A DNA stretch of 64,000 nt from the human T2T-CHM13v2.0 reference genome, Homo sapiens. Below are positions 13,580-27,400 of this stretch, piece by piece; positions within the stretch are counted from its first letter, which is position 1; the number at the start of each line of letters is the position of its first letter. Under the pieces are notes generated by a model that was given only the letters and a program-made list of their open reading frames with translations, made no database searches and was not told the DNA's origin. A program made the position numbers and the translations under genes. The stretch lies in assembly GCF_009914755.1 (NCBI RefSeq), contig NC_060929.1. One strand, given 5' to 3'.

Positions 13580-14812
13580 TACCTTGAGACCATGATCTCG
13601 TATGTTACCAAATGGCCTGTACAAAAAGAAAGGACCCCCTTAGTCCTTGTATTGCTTGACTTCTCAGCCCCATTGGACACTATTGCACACTTGCTTTTTC
13701 AGGAACTCTTTCACTCTTCTTATTTCCATCAAGTTTTCTCTGCTCTCTCTTCCTCAATCCTTTCCCAGTGCTTCTTTCACTCTTATTCCTTAAATATTAG
13801 GCTTTCTCAGGGTTCAGCCCTTGGCACTTGGCTCTTTTGCTTTACCCATTTTCTTTGCCCAATGTCATTTGGTTTTGGAATTTGCATTATTGTAAAATCT
13901 ATAAGCTGATGATGTCCACATTCCTATTACCTGCTTAGATTTTATGCTAAGCATCAGACCTCTATATCCACCTGCCCGCTTAGCATCCTATATGTACTTC
14001 ACATTGAACATGTTGAAACTGGGCTTGTCATCTTCCCTGTCCTATCCTCCCTCCCCTCATTAAATGGTGCCAGTATTTACCTAGTTGTTCATTAAACGAA
14101 CATAGGGTTACATTTGTTTCCTGTATTCCTCCTCCTGACTCACTCCTATGTAATATCAAGTCCTAAGTATTCTTTATCTTAAGGAATCCCTTTATCTCAT
14201 TTTATCTCAACTGCCTCTTCCCTAATTTGCCTCTGGCCTGACCTACTAAAACAACCTTCTAAATAGCTTCTGCACTCTAGTCTTGTCTTCATTATTCTAT
14301 ATAGAAGATTAAAAATAGTTCTAGAAATTAAATCTCATCATTTTCTTTCTGAGCATCAGAAAGTACAGTCTCTTTAAAGTGGTGTATAATCTGGCCACTG
14401 TCTATCTCTGTAGTTTCCCCACTTGCATAGAATCCATGCTTTCTATCCCTGGCATTTTGCACATGCTGTTTCCTCTGCCTAAAACATTTCCCCAATTTCC
14501 CTACTATTTTCTGGCTTAGTTGATAATGATACAGTAAGCCTTAGTTTACACTTTACTTTCTCTAGGACGCCTTCATAGGCATTGACTCCTCCAAGACATT
14601 TCTCTTGACATTTCTCATGATGCCTTTACTTTTACCATCATAACATATATCATGTTGCCTTACAATTGTCCATTTATCTCTTTTCCTGTTAGACTCCAAA
14701 TTTCAACAAGGTAAAGATCATGTCTACATTTTTCAAGGTTATATCTAGATTAATGTTAGTAACTGAGAATGTATAGGATAAAGATTTGTGAGTGCAAATA
14801 TATTAGTCAATA
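13580..14812 (+). mobile_element. L2 LINE relic, reverse-transcriptase region to 3' end
   Basis: ORF 13592-13909 reads LVLLDFSAPLDTIAH...LSQGSALGTWLF, a decayed non-LTR RT (LDLSAAFDTVDH...PQGSVLGPLLF); downstream L2 words gcacatgctgtttcctctgcct and ttagactccaaatttcaacaaggtaaagatcatgtc. Confidence 0.85.
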
Positions 14813-15540
14813 AGTCTTTTCAAGCAAGAATAACAGAAATGGGTCAAAGCTCATAATCTGCTTTTTTTAAAAAAGAAATTTAGAATATCATTAAAACATT
14901 ATACAAATGAATTTATAAGGTTCTATAACTATAAGGTTCACACGATGAGGAGTAATATTTTAAGGCATGAAATATGTGATCTAGGGTGATGCCAAATTTA
15001 ATGACATCACAACTTAATTTGAGTCTGGCATAATTACCATCCCAAATATCTAGGCCTTGGGCAGCAACTCAAGTCTTGTCTGGTCACAGTTATGGATGTT
15101 ATATTTTATTCAGCCGATTTATTTTAGTAATTCAAAGGCTTCACATTTTTACAGTTTGAAAGGGGGAATTTTTCTTAGTTCTTTGGGCCTTTGTTCATAT
15201 TAAATTTTTGCATCATATAACCTATTTTTTTCTGCCTATGTTTTAAAACACCTGTTCGTCCTTTTTTTTTTTCTGCTGCTCCACAAGGTGAAAACAAACT
15301 CCCCAATTCCGTAATCTTTTATGTCCATTTAGTGCAAGAGTCCTCAGTAATACAGCTTTGAACTAGTGATAGTATGATTCTGTTAGATTAGTTTACCATA
15401 TCAGTTGATTTTAGTCTCAATACCCCCATTTCTTACCACAAATATAGTGCTTATCTTCACTCTAGTATTTTAAGATATACCTAATTTAGAGATTTCTCCA
15501 CCTAGCTACTTGCTTAATCTTCCTGTCCTATCGAATCAAC

Positions 15541-15856
15541 TTTCTTTTTCTTTTCTTTCTTTTTTTTTTTTTTTGAGATGGAATCTCACTCTGTCACCCA
15601 AATTGGAGTGCAGTGGCATGATCTCAACTCACTGCTACCTCCACCTCCTAGATTTAAGTGATCCTCCCACCTCACCCTCCCCAGTAGCTGGGATTACAGG
15701 CATGTGTCCCCACACCTGGCTAATTTTTTTGCATTTTAGTAGAGATGGGGTTTCATCTTTTTGGCCAGGCTGGTTTCTAACTCCTGACCTCAGGTGATCC
15801 ACCTGCTCAGCCTGTCAAATTGTTGGGATTACAGGCGTGAGCCACCACATCTGGCC
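15541..15856 (-). mobile_element. Alu (older, J/S type)
   Basis: Reverse Alu with T-rich tail; TSD ctatcgaatcaacttt / ctatcaaattaacttt. Confidence 0.95.
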
Positions 15857-16142
15857 CTATCAAATTAACTTTTCAAAGGAGACAGATTTTAAACATGTTA
15901 AATATTTTGAAGAGAATTACTTAAAAACAGTTATAAGGTAATTTTTTTCTTACATGTATGTATGATTTTACCTTTAAAGTTTTTCATTTGCTCTCAAAAG
16001 TTTTTTTGGTCAATTGTTTTGTGCAACATTTTTAATGGGAAGTATAGGATTTGTTCATTTACACTGGACATACTTCATATTTGAAAAAGAAGTTTGAAGG
16101 TTGTAGACATAAAGCATATAGATATAATCCCTGATTGCTTAG

Positions 16143-16365
16143 TATATATACATATATATACATTATATATTTATATATATGTATGTATGTGTATGTGTAT
16201 GTGCATATAAATGTACATACACAGAAATACAATCTGTATTTACTATATTTGTGTATGCTATATGATATATAATACATGTATAATGAATATGTATACTATA
16301 TATACACACATACTATAAATACTATGTTTACATATCCATATATGTATATATACATTATATATGTA
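16143..16365. repeat. Degenerate (TA)n/(TATG)n low-complexity tract
   Basis: Read directly. Confidence 0.85.
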
Positions 16366-17169
16366 ATATTGTCCCAAATAATTTATAAATACTTGATGAA
16401 TTAACATTCTGAATTAAAAAGTGTAGTTAGTTCTCTTAAGAAAATTGGCAATAAAAATAACGTGTAAAAAAGAATGTCAATTATAATTTATATTATGCCT
16501 TAAAGAAAACCAAGCTACTCTGATCAGTATGGCAAAGAAACAGAATTTTCAGTATAATATCTATTAAGATTTCCTCTAGATGACAGAAAACACCTACAAT
16601 GAAAATACTTTAAATTGTAAGTCTCTGTCCCTATCCTCTATCATGCTGCCCAAATGTGCTTCTTAAGACACAATTTCTTGACATTTCTTGGAGATAACAC
16701 AGATTTTTGTAGCTCAATAGCTTTGTAAATGAGAGTTACATGTTAAACTCCTTTACTTATCCTAAGTTTTTTTTAAGTGTCCTTTGCTCTTTGTATTTTT
16801 TGGCTCTTATAATTCTTTGCAGATATTTCCATTATTTATTTGCCACATTGTATCACTTTCATCCTTTACTTTTCTATCTTTCACACTGGGACCAATGTAC
16901 TGTTAAATTTTATAGGCAGACAACCTGGGCAAAAATTTCTGAGATTGTGGAAAAATATATATATTCTGGCTATAAATTATGAAAAACTGCATCAAAATTA
17001 ATAAATGGTAAAATGCCTATAAAAATAATCTCAAGCAAATATAACTTAACTCGGATGTGGTTATGTGAATTATATTTAATGTGAGATGTGAGTGCATTTT
17101 AATGTTTTATATGATGTCAGGAAGATCTGCAAAACTCTAGATCCTGAGAATGTATCAAGTTGGCTCTGT

Positions 17170-17290
17170 GGTACCACTACACTTTGAGAGCAAGAATTGT
17201 GTTTGACTCATTTTTATAATTCTGAAGACCAATAGTAGACACTGATATGTGGTAAGTACTTAAACACTGGCAAAGAAATGCCTGGAAATT
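17170..17290 (+). mobile_element. L2 3'-end fragment
   Basis: ctttgagagcaagaattgtgtttgactcattttt...atatgtggtaagtacttaaa. Confidence 0.55.
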
Positions 17291-17351
17291 GTAAACATTC
17301 TGTAAGTATCACATGGCTGTGTAATGGTCCATAGTAAATGAATGTAGCCAG

Positions 17352-17630
17352 AGAGGCAGTATATCATAGTTGTTGAGAGTGTAACATTGAAGTCCCACAA
17401 ACCACAGTTGGAGTTTTGGTTTTGTCACTTATTACAAGGGCGATTTAGAGTGAGTCATATATCTCTGTAAGTCTAAATTCTCTCCTCCATTAAATGGAAT
17501 AATAGTAGTATTTACCTCTTAGGATTTTCATGAGGATTAAATGAGATAATGTATGTTAAACACTTAGAATGGTTCATGGAATGAGGTAAGATTTTAATAA
17601 AAGTAGAGTTAATGTTGTCATTATTACTAT
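17352..17630 (+). mobile_element. Near full-length MIR
   Basis: aggcagtatatcatagttgttgagagt...aaatggaataatagtagtatttacctcttaggattttcatgaggattaaatgagataatgtatgttaaacacttagaa. Confidence 0.85.
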
Positions 17631-18471
17631 AAACTAGGTAAAAGGTAGCTTTAACAAAAATTGCTACATCTATAGTATTTAAATTTTCAAATAGCTTTTA
17701 TTCTTGTTAGCCAAATTTGAGGAGAGTAGAGATAAGAGGTCATAATGAATAACTTTCTCCAAATTCTCAATTCTCACCAGCAACAGATTGTAAAACAAAA
17801 AAATGCTGGAATAAGTCAGATTTTGAGGCTCTATGTAAAATTTAAAAAGTGATGGTGATAAAAGCTTTCTTATTCTCAAGATAACATGCATGAAAACAAT
17901 TTGTGATTCAGGATAGCAATACGGGTATGTCTTTAAGCCAAGTAACTCATTGTGACACATTGTCCTTGCTTTCTAAAGTAGGCCTCATCTCACTTTTAAT
18001 GTGTGAAAGGGGAGATTATTCAACACAGTGGTAGACACATTTTTGTTCTCAAGAACACTGAGATATCATTAATCTTCTGGCACGCCTGCAAAGGCGGGTT
18101 ATGTGAATGCTAGTCTTTTGCAAGGCTATAAATAAAGTTTAAAGAGAGAAAGAGGCAGAAAGAAAAGATGTTTTCCTGAAGCTTCTATTGCCACAGTACG
18201 GACCACATTAAGGGTGCAATAACTTACCAGTAATAACACTTAAAAAATCCTCTTTTTGGGTTTTCAACATCTGTTTAGAAAAAATCCAGCCTAAAAATAG
18301 AATCTGGTCTTGTAATGTAGCTTTCTCAAATTGGGTTATCCTAAACCCTCTCTGCATTGAATGGTCACATATGACAATTTAGGGCCAGATTTGTGGCATA
18401 GCAATGGTTTATCATATATATCACATGCTTAGCATCCTGTAAAATGCTGCCATACACATTCATGTATTAGG

Positions 18472-18508
18472 GTATGTGTGTATGTGTGCGCGTGTGTGTA
18501 TGTGTGTG
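18472..18508. repeat. Imperfect (TG)n microsatellite
   Basis: Read directly. Confidence 0.85.
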
Positions 18509-19779
18509 AAGTAGTTCCTTGTGAATGGGAAAGCTTTAGTGAAAATAATTTTTGCTTCGTTGGCTTCTGAAATGCAAAGCAAAAAATGATACACATTTTT
18601 CTTATTTTTTATATTAGGAATTTCATTCTGTTTGATAATAGACTAAATTTCATAATTATCAATGTTTAAAAATACTCTTAGGAATAACGCTTGTATTGCT
18701 AAATGCTGTTAGAGCATGCTTATGTATTATTATTACATATAATACAGACTTAATTTTCTCATCAAATTGGAATAACTGGTAGCATTTTTTGGTTCCAGCA
18801 AAGGCCTCTCTCCTACGGTCCTTCAGTGAGCAAAACTTCTCCTGACTTCATGAGAAGGTATAAAGCAATTAACACATCACAATTATTGTTTAGGGCTATT
18901 TTTATTCAACCCTATAGAGCTAAAAAAACAAAAATAAATACCTTTCTTAAAACACCAATTTCATTGCACTTTAATTATATCTTGCCATACACACTTGGAA
19001 GTTTTTTTTTTTCATAATGTTTTGGAATTTGGGACTTCCAAACAGTTTATATATGACAAACTAAAGACACTGCAATTAGAATCTCTTTGTTATTCAGTTT
19101 TTAAGGAGTTTGTGTGGCTAATTAAGAGTCAACATTTCTGGCAGTTTTTCAGGTTGAGCAAACCTTTAGATTCAAGACAGTCTGCTGACGTGGCAGTCCT
19201 GATCCTCTCATTACACTCATAACTGAACTTCAAGGGAACTCCTGAGTCTGTGGCTCTTTGCTTTGCCCTCTGAATTTGAGAGGCCTCATCTGGGGGCTTG
19301 TGATGAGACAGCCATTTCTCTACTGGTCTTTGCATGTGGCTCCACTCTCACACAGCTCACATACGGGGGGTTCATTACATTATGTAACCGATTAGGATGG
19401 AATGGGCAGTTTAAATTCCTCATCCAAGAAGCATAGGAGTAGAATTTCCATGCCATGTACGTAAAAAGCTAAAACACAGGCCTGATCTTCTCAACACAGG
19501 AGGTAAAATCCTCAGAAGCCAGCATGGCTTTTGGAGATCTAGTCCTGACCATCAAGAGGGACAGTGATGGTAATCAGATATTTTTAATAGAGTTTGAAAA
19601 CTCATTGAAAATGTGAATTTAGAGAGTACAATGTGGTCCTCATTTACAGAAGAAAACAAAAAGGGAAAATAAAGAGAATAGTAATGAATATTTATGAAGT
19701 TTTTATTATACATGGTTAAATACGCAATTACCTGGTCTGTTACTGAAAATATTTTCATGAAGTATATATTACTTTCCTA

Positions 19780-19910
19780 TGGGACACTGAAGGAAATACA
19801 CTATTGTGGCAGGGTGGGTAACTTGTTTATGATCTCAAAATTACTAGGTGGTAGAGACAGGATTTGAATCCAGGTTGGTCTGATTCTGAAGTTCACATTC
19901 TTAACCAGGA
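19780..19910 (-). mobile_element. MIR fragment
   Basis: ggtggtagagacaggatttgaatccaggttggtctgattctgaagttcacattcttaacca. Confidence 0.7.
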
Positions 19911-20384
19911 TCAACAGGATTCACCTACAATCAGATGGTGGTTGAAGCAAGATTTCATTTGCTGGGTTCCTCCCTTCGCCTTCAAGGAAACTTCTCCTCC
20001 TTTTTGGTGGTCCCTATTCCCATCTACTGTCCCATTGTTCACAGGTCTTATTTTACCTCATCCTTGTCCACTCCCAATAAAAATGTGAACAGAAAATAAT
20101 ACTAGCTAACGGTATTTCTCTGACACATGACTGTATTTTGGTAAAAATTAATACACAAAGATGTATCTAAGAGGAACAAAATGTACTTCAGACAACACGG
20201 CCACTGGAGAATGTTGGAAGACATGTAAGGATTAAGAAACTGTGTCTTCCTAGAGAGGGACTTGGGGTCTGGGGAAACTCAGTGTTTTCTACTCAAATAT
20301 TTTTACACAGATAAAATCAGTCTAAAATGAACCCGAAGAGCGTATTTGTAGGCAAAAGAACTCATGAACTAAATAGCTTCAGGG

Positions 20385-20721
<337 letters not shown>

Positions 20722-21195
20722 AAATAGCTTAAGGGGAGAAATGTGGTCAGGGTGGGAAAGAATAAACCCTTTGCTTGGTGACACTAGGGTATTTTCTGAG
20801 GTTCTGAACTAATTATATAAAATCTTAGATTCTCTTCCTTCATTTCCACGCTATTCTATTCCAGTGGAAGAACTCAGAGTAGCTCACATGGCCTCAGAAC
20901 ACTCGCTTAAGAATGCATTTCTTCTCATTGCCCTTAAATAGAGCTGCTTCCTGCTCAAGAGGCAGAAATCTGCTGGCCCATGGTAAGATAATCGCAAGTC
21001 TGCTTGAGATGACTTCTTCCCTATTGGTGATGATACAGAGCTCTTTATTTTAAAGCTAATATTTACTGACACTATCTTAGGGAACCCTAATATAAACTTG
21101 CTAAGTTTTCAAGTGTATAGAGAAAAAACTGTGAAGAAATAGTAAAATAATTTCTGAAAAATATCATAAAATAGAGAAAAAATTATTGCCTATAA

Positions 21196-21702
<507 letters not shown>

Positions 21703-21799
21703 TAATATTATGCCATAGTCATTTTCTAGGATACTAAGCATTCTTCATTAATTAGGCTGAGAGTTTTTTTGGAGGGAAGGCTGGGTATAGCTCTTCTTT

Positions 21800-22435
21800 T
21801 AAAAATTATTAATTAATTCTTATTTATAATTAATACATAAGAATTGTACATATTTATGGGATACAGTGTATGTTTCAATGCATGTGTACATTGCATAATG
21901 ATCAAATCAGGGTAGTTACCATAGCTATCACTTTTTAATGCCAGTGTCATGCTTTTTCAGTTACTACAGCTTCAAAGTACATTTTGAGGTCAGGTAGTGT
22001 GATGCCTCTAGCTTCATTCTTTTTGCTCAGGATTGATTTGGTTAATCAGGGTATTTTGCATTTACATATGAATTTTAAGATTTTTTTTTATTTCTTTGAA
22101 GAATACCATGGTATTTTGATGAAGATTGCCTTGAATCTGTAGATCCATGAGATAATATCAATATTTTAACAATATTAATTCTTTTAATTCATGAATACAG
22201 AATATCTTTCCATTTATGTCTTCTTCAATTTCTGTCATCAAAATCTTATAGTTTTCATTGTAGGGATCTCTTACCTTCTTGGCTAAGTTTATTCCTAAAT
22301 ATTTTATTTATTTTATACCTATTGTAAATGGAATGCTTTCTTGATTTCTTTTTTAGATTGTTCGCTATTGGGGTATTTCGAAATGCTGCTAATTTTTGTA
22401 TGGTGATTTTGTATGCTGGAACTTTACTAAATTGT
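21800..22435 (-). mobile_element. L1MA-type element: 3' terminus joined to an ORF2 segment by an internal deletion
   Basis: attgtacatatttatgggatacagtg...atcaaatcagggta (L1MA 3' end), then tttgaggtcaggtagtgtgatgcctctagc (ORF2); ORF 22255-22467 reads FSKVPAYKITIQK, like L1 ORF2 FSKVAGYKINIQK. Confidence 0.88.
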
Positions 22436-23454
22436 GTTGTTTTTAAGTGACATAGATGTCCTATCATACATCGAAATGCATGAATTACCTCCTTGTAGGC
22501 ATTGCATAAATGACAGCATAGTCCAATTACAGATTTTAAATATTACTCAGATTTTGTACATGCTACATTGTAACTGTCAGTGGATGGTTAACATCAGCAC
22601 ATTTCTAATGTATCACAATCCTGTTATTTAATTATACTTAAAACTTGGATTCATCAAAACTGGTATTTAGAAAAAGAACAAATATAATTGACATGAGACA
22701 TCCAAGTAAATAATCATTGAATTTAGATATTTTTGAAGGTTGCTTAGATTTCTGTTCTACAATTTTGCTGAGAATTTATTTTACACTAAGGAATGTCTTT
22801 GGGTTATTTGCAGCTGTTGTGGCCTGGCCTTGCCCTGTTAGTGGTGATCTGTGGGAAGAGAAGGAGACAAATTGTGACACTGTCCCTTATCAAAGGACCA
22901 CACAGTTGTTCGCCACGTTGACTCCATGATGGATAGTTATCTTGAGGCTTGATGGACATAAGGCTAAAAGTTCAGAGAAAAAGAGTGCAGGATCCCAGTA
23001 GCTCCTTGCTATTGACACTTACTTGATAATGTGGGTTTAATCAATCTTCTTTATTGTCTTTAGCTTCAATTTTGTTTTCTTTTCCAGCTTCATTTTTCCC
23101 ATCTCATCAGATTGACATGCAAAAAAAAAGTCTAAAGAGAAAAAAGACAAAAACTTCTGTTGTTGTGAATATACTGGAGACAGACGCAGTCCTATATACA
23201 TATTCTTTGTACATAACATTTTCTGTGCATAACATGTGAACATATATATTTGTTTTAAGTTTTAATCTGATGAGTGGTTAGAGAAAGAAAAATAGATTTT
23301 TATGATCAAAAGTCGAATAATAATATTTACCTTGAGGAAAGATATTGTTCTTAAAGTATTTTGTTTCCTTTTTTTAGTGACCGAAGAATTTTATTCATTT
23401 TAATGTTTATGGACATGATATTTTAAATTTTAAGTTTAGCATACAGTCCATGAA

Positions 23455-23565
23455 GCCCATCTGACAAGGAATTAATAACCAGAATATCTAAGGAGCTCAA
23501 ACAACTCTATAATAGGAAAAAAAATCTGATAATCTGATCAAAAAAGGGCAAAAGATTTCAATATA
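23455..23565 (+). mobile_element. Short L1 ORF2 3' fragment
   Basis: catctgacaaggaattaataaccagaatatctaaggagctcaaacaactcta. Confidence 0.8.
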
Positions 23566-23821
23566 TTTTGTTTGCTTTTGAGAAGCAGCACATTATCAAT
23601 TACTGATCATTCAATTTTACATGTTTTCTAAACATTTGCTTTAGTTTAATATCTAGTTTATTAGATATTACATTGAAATAATTACTTCTGTATCCAAATA
23701 TGGTGAATTTTTATTTGGTTGTCAGAGATTGATAAATTAACTTAAAACCGACTGCTTCTGCCGTGACTGAATTCTTCAAACAGAAGAATAGAAGGAGAAA
23801 GTCCCTGTGTTTTTTATGAAC

Positions 23822-24098
23822 TTTTTGTTTGTTTTAATTTTTATTTTCCTTATAAGTTCTGGGGTACATGTGCAGGATGTGCAAGTTTGTTACATAGGTA
23901 AACGTGTGCCATGGTGGTTTGCTGCACCTATCAACCCATCACCTAGGTATTAAGCTCAGCATGTATTGGCTACTTTTCCTAATGCTCTCTCCCTTCTCCT
24001 ACTCCACCCCCTGACAGGCCCCAGTATGTGTTGTTCCCCTCCCGTGTCCATGTGTTCTCTCTGTTCAGCTCCCACTTATAATTGAGAACGTGTGGTGC
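23822..24098 (-). mobile_element. 5'-truncated L1PA (about PA8-PA13) 3' end
   Basis: taagttctggggtacatgtgcaggatgtgcaagtttgttacataggtaaacgtgtgccatggtggtttgctgcacc. Confidence 0.9.
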
Positions 24099-24195
24099 TT
24101 TCCATGAAATTTTATTTCCCCACTTAGTACATGGGATGGATGGGAGAAATAATATATTTTTCACAATTTTTTTTTTAGTATTTGAGAACATTTTT

Positions 24196-24401
24196 TGTCA
24201 GCTTTATTGAGCTATAACTTACACAAAATAAAATTCACCAATTTTGAGAGTACAATTTGATGAGTTTTAACAAATGTATACAGTCATATTACCACTACTA
24301 GAATCATGATATGGAACATTTCCATTACCACCCCAAACTTTCACTGTGCCCCTTTGTAGTCTTTACGCTGACCCACATTCCCTGGCTGCTGGTATCTACT
24401 G
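24196..24401 (-). mobile_element. Ancient L1M (MB-ME class) 3' end; 3' half of a U6/L1 chimera
   Basis: ctttattgagctataacttacacaaaataaaattcaccaattttgagagtacaatttgatgagttttaacaaatgtatacagtc...gtgcccctttgtagtc. Confidence 0.85.
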
Positions 24402-24496
24402 AAAAATGTGGATGACTGTACACATTTACATATCGTCCATGTACAAATGCCATGCTAATCTCTGTATTATTGCTATTGTGCTGCCCATATGGGTGC
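24402..24496 (-). pseudogene. RNU6: Diverged U6 snRNA retropseudogene
   Basis: Colinear with reverse-complement U6: aaaaatgtgga ~ aaaatatgga; atttacatatcgtccatgtaca ~ atttgcgtgtcatccttgcgca; exact gccatgctaatc; tctgtat; tgtgctgcc; two short gaps. Confidence 0.85.
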
Positions 24497-27400
24497 TTAA
24501 AACATTTTTAGAAGTAAGACCCATGGCTGTATATTAATTTGTTATTTTTTTGTAGCATTCATTTAGTAAATCTTCTAAGATGCTATTTCTAATAGTAGGT
24601 TAGAAATATACTGTCAGCCCTCTCAGAAAAGAAAAGTCAGCAGTTTCATGCCATGCACAGCATAATATAAAGCTTGAAATACTGCCTGGTCTCATGTCCA
24701 ACTCATATCTCTTTTTGAAGCATTGAGGTGTTAATTAATAACTAGATTTACTTAGTCACCTAGTATTTTTTTCTTAGTCATCTAATAATAGTTACATTGC
24801 TGAGTTTTTGAAACCAAAAGTTGATTGACTCGATGCCTAAGTTAACCACTTTGTTATTTTTTTTAAAAGTTAGAAGGCACAAAGAACTGATGAAATACAG
24901 CTTCTAAAGTGTAGAAGAGAAAAGAAAGGCAATTTATTTTACCCTTCTTCTGGTTTGGCAAATGACTAAAAAGAAGGAAACAATAAGTGTGTGAAAATTG
25001 CTGTATATACCCTCGGCTGACAGTTTTGTTTTTTTTTTTATTATAGGTGAAGAGATTTTAAGTGTAAGAGCACTGTTCATTGTGTACAAATACAAAGCAT
25101 TCTTATTGTTGGGCATTATCAGTACACATACACTACACTGTGTAGATAATTTTAGTCATAATGAATATAGCATTTCATTTATTAGATTGAGAGGTTTTTT
25201 CAACTAAAAATAGGTGAGTATAAATGAAACCAGAATACATGTGTGTGCGCCCATGAAATTGGAAATGAATGAGAATCTGCTATAAATACTTGTTGTGCTC
25301 ATATCTTAAAGTATGACTGTAACCATTTAGTTACTTGCAGTCATTTGTGTCTGGCTGTTTTAAAGAAGTTTTCTATTAAGAAAATTGAAAATATTAATAT
25401 ATCAATATTGAAATATTAATAAGGTATTGATATTTTGCTGATGTGTTAAATGTATCATATTGCAGTAGAGACACAATTGTTTACAGTGTAGATTTCAAAA
25501 CAAATTTTTAATACATCACTTGCAAAACAAATTATTTAATGAAAGATGGGGAGCAGCTATAGAGGGAAAGCAATGATTTTTGAAAACATTTTTTTAACTT
25601 CTATGCATTTTTATTTTACTTCTATCTGTTTACCTCTTTCTATTTATAAGGCACATCCTCCAAATAATCCCTAGAGATTTACATTCTTTCTTTGGCAAGC
25701 ACAAATAGAAAATGTCAGCTACACAAGAGTGAGAACCTATATTACCTTTCTGGAGTTATTTAGAAAAGGAGTGAAATTTAATTTGCATTACTCTTTGTGT
25801 ACATATTCCGAAAGAGCTTACTCCCTGAACCTCAAATCTCTAAACTCAGGATTTCCTAGTGATTTGAGACTTATAAGGAGCTCAAAGTGTTTGAGAACTC
25901 CAGAGAAAGCTTACTCCTATTATTTTCTCATTAAAATGCAGGAGCCCCAAGGGATGCAGTTTTATACAGATAAATTTTAGATAAATATCTGAACTTCTGG
26001 GCATATTTGAACCCACGTTATGAATCACGCACAGTTCTGTCAACTCTAGTAAGAACCCAAAGTATAATATTAACTTCTCATCCGTATGCTTCTTTTCCAG
26101 AGTCTCTTTGTCTTCGCCTTAAGCACATCCAAGCTCAGTAGCACACATTGTAATCAAGCTCAGTGTTGTAAAGAATGAAAAATATTGAAAGGTGAATGTA
26201 ACTGCTAATATTTCATGCAACACTTGCCCTTTGTAATAGCACTTGGCCACCCACATCAGCAGCATGGGTGTGAGCTACATCTGTTCTTCCGTCGCAGTGT
26301 CTTTCCTAAACCGAGGGGTTGTTCCTGTGGTTTATTGCTGCCACATGGTTGGCATTGTTATTTCATAACCTAAAGCCCCTTCTTATTTCCTGCTTTGCCC
26401 CTGAAACCTTCACTCCTGCATGTTTTCTTTCCTCTTACCCTGACTCTCTAACAGCTGAACTACATAAATGCCAAACAGCGACATGAATTCCTAAACAGAA
26501 GCTGCCACAAAACAACGCTGCTCCAACCAAGAAACACACATGTAGAGGCACATGACTGACAGGGCTCAAAAGGCAGGTTTTAGTAAATGACAAGTGTGAA
26601 GTTCGCATTGTTACTGTAGTTGATGGTAGCTCGTATTTACACAAAAAAGTCATTCACATTTCAGAACAATTCAGCATAACTGGCAGCTTGGGAAAGAAAA
26701 GACTTAAAATCCCTTAAAGATGAGGAAGACAGGAGGAGTACAGAATCCAAAGCATTCTCTCACTTTGGAATATGTTGGCATCTTTTGATTGGGTTTTAAA
26801 ATTGGGATATTGGAGAAGCAGCAGGAAAAGTTGAAATTATAAATTATTTTTGTTATGAACAAGAGAGAACAAGAGAATGAAAAGAAAGAGCTGTTCATCT
26901 TTTATTTCTTCATAGCATAATTTCATTCAGTGTTAATTAAAGTCAAAAAATACATTATCTTTTTATATATGCTCACTGTCATTACTATAGGAATACCTAT
27001 GGCATCTAGAAATACAGAAAGGAAATATCGTGGGATGTCGATCTATTTTATGTGATGAGTGTTATGATAATTGCTAATAAAATGTCATGAAATATATCAT
27101 TTGAACATTGCTTTTCATCAGTTAAAACAATGTTATAAGGTGTTATCTTAAGAAAAAAACATAACATTATTCCATAAATGTCCTATCATTCAAAGGTACA
27201 GGTTTTTTAAAAAAGATTTCTTTCTATTAGTAGAGTGGGTGGTCTACTGACTGGTAGTGGAAGAAAATATAGTAGAAGCCAGAATATTAATGTGCTAAAT
27301 AAGGAAAAAGTCATCATCAAGGATAAAAATTATGTACAGTCAGATAAAGTACAGTGACTGGAGGGAGACCTTTGAGGAGTGCCATCCTAAAACTAGTGGC

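Noticed and set aside
13592-13909. 105-aa ORF with reverse-transcriptase motifs
   Set aside because: Decayed L2 RT: motifs are degenerate, spacing is collapsed and there is no intact YADD; not a functional gene or a novel retroelement.
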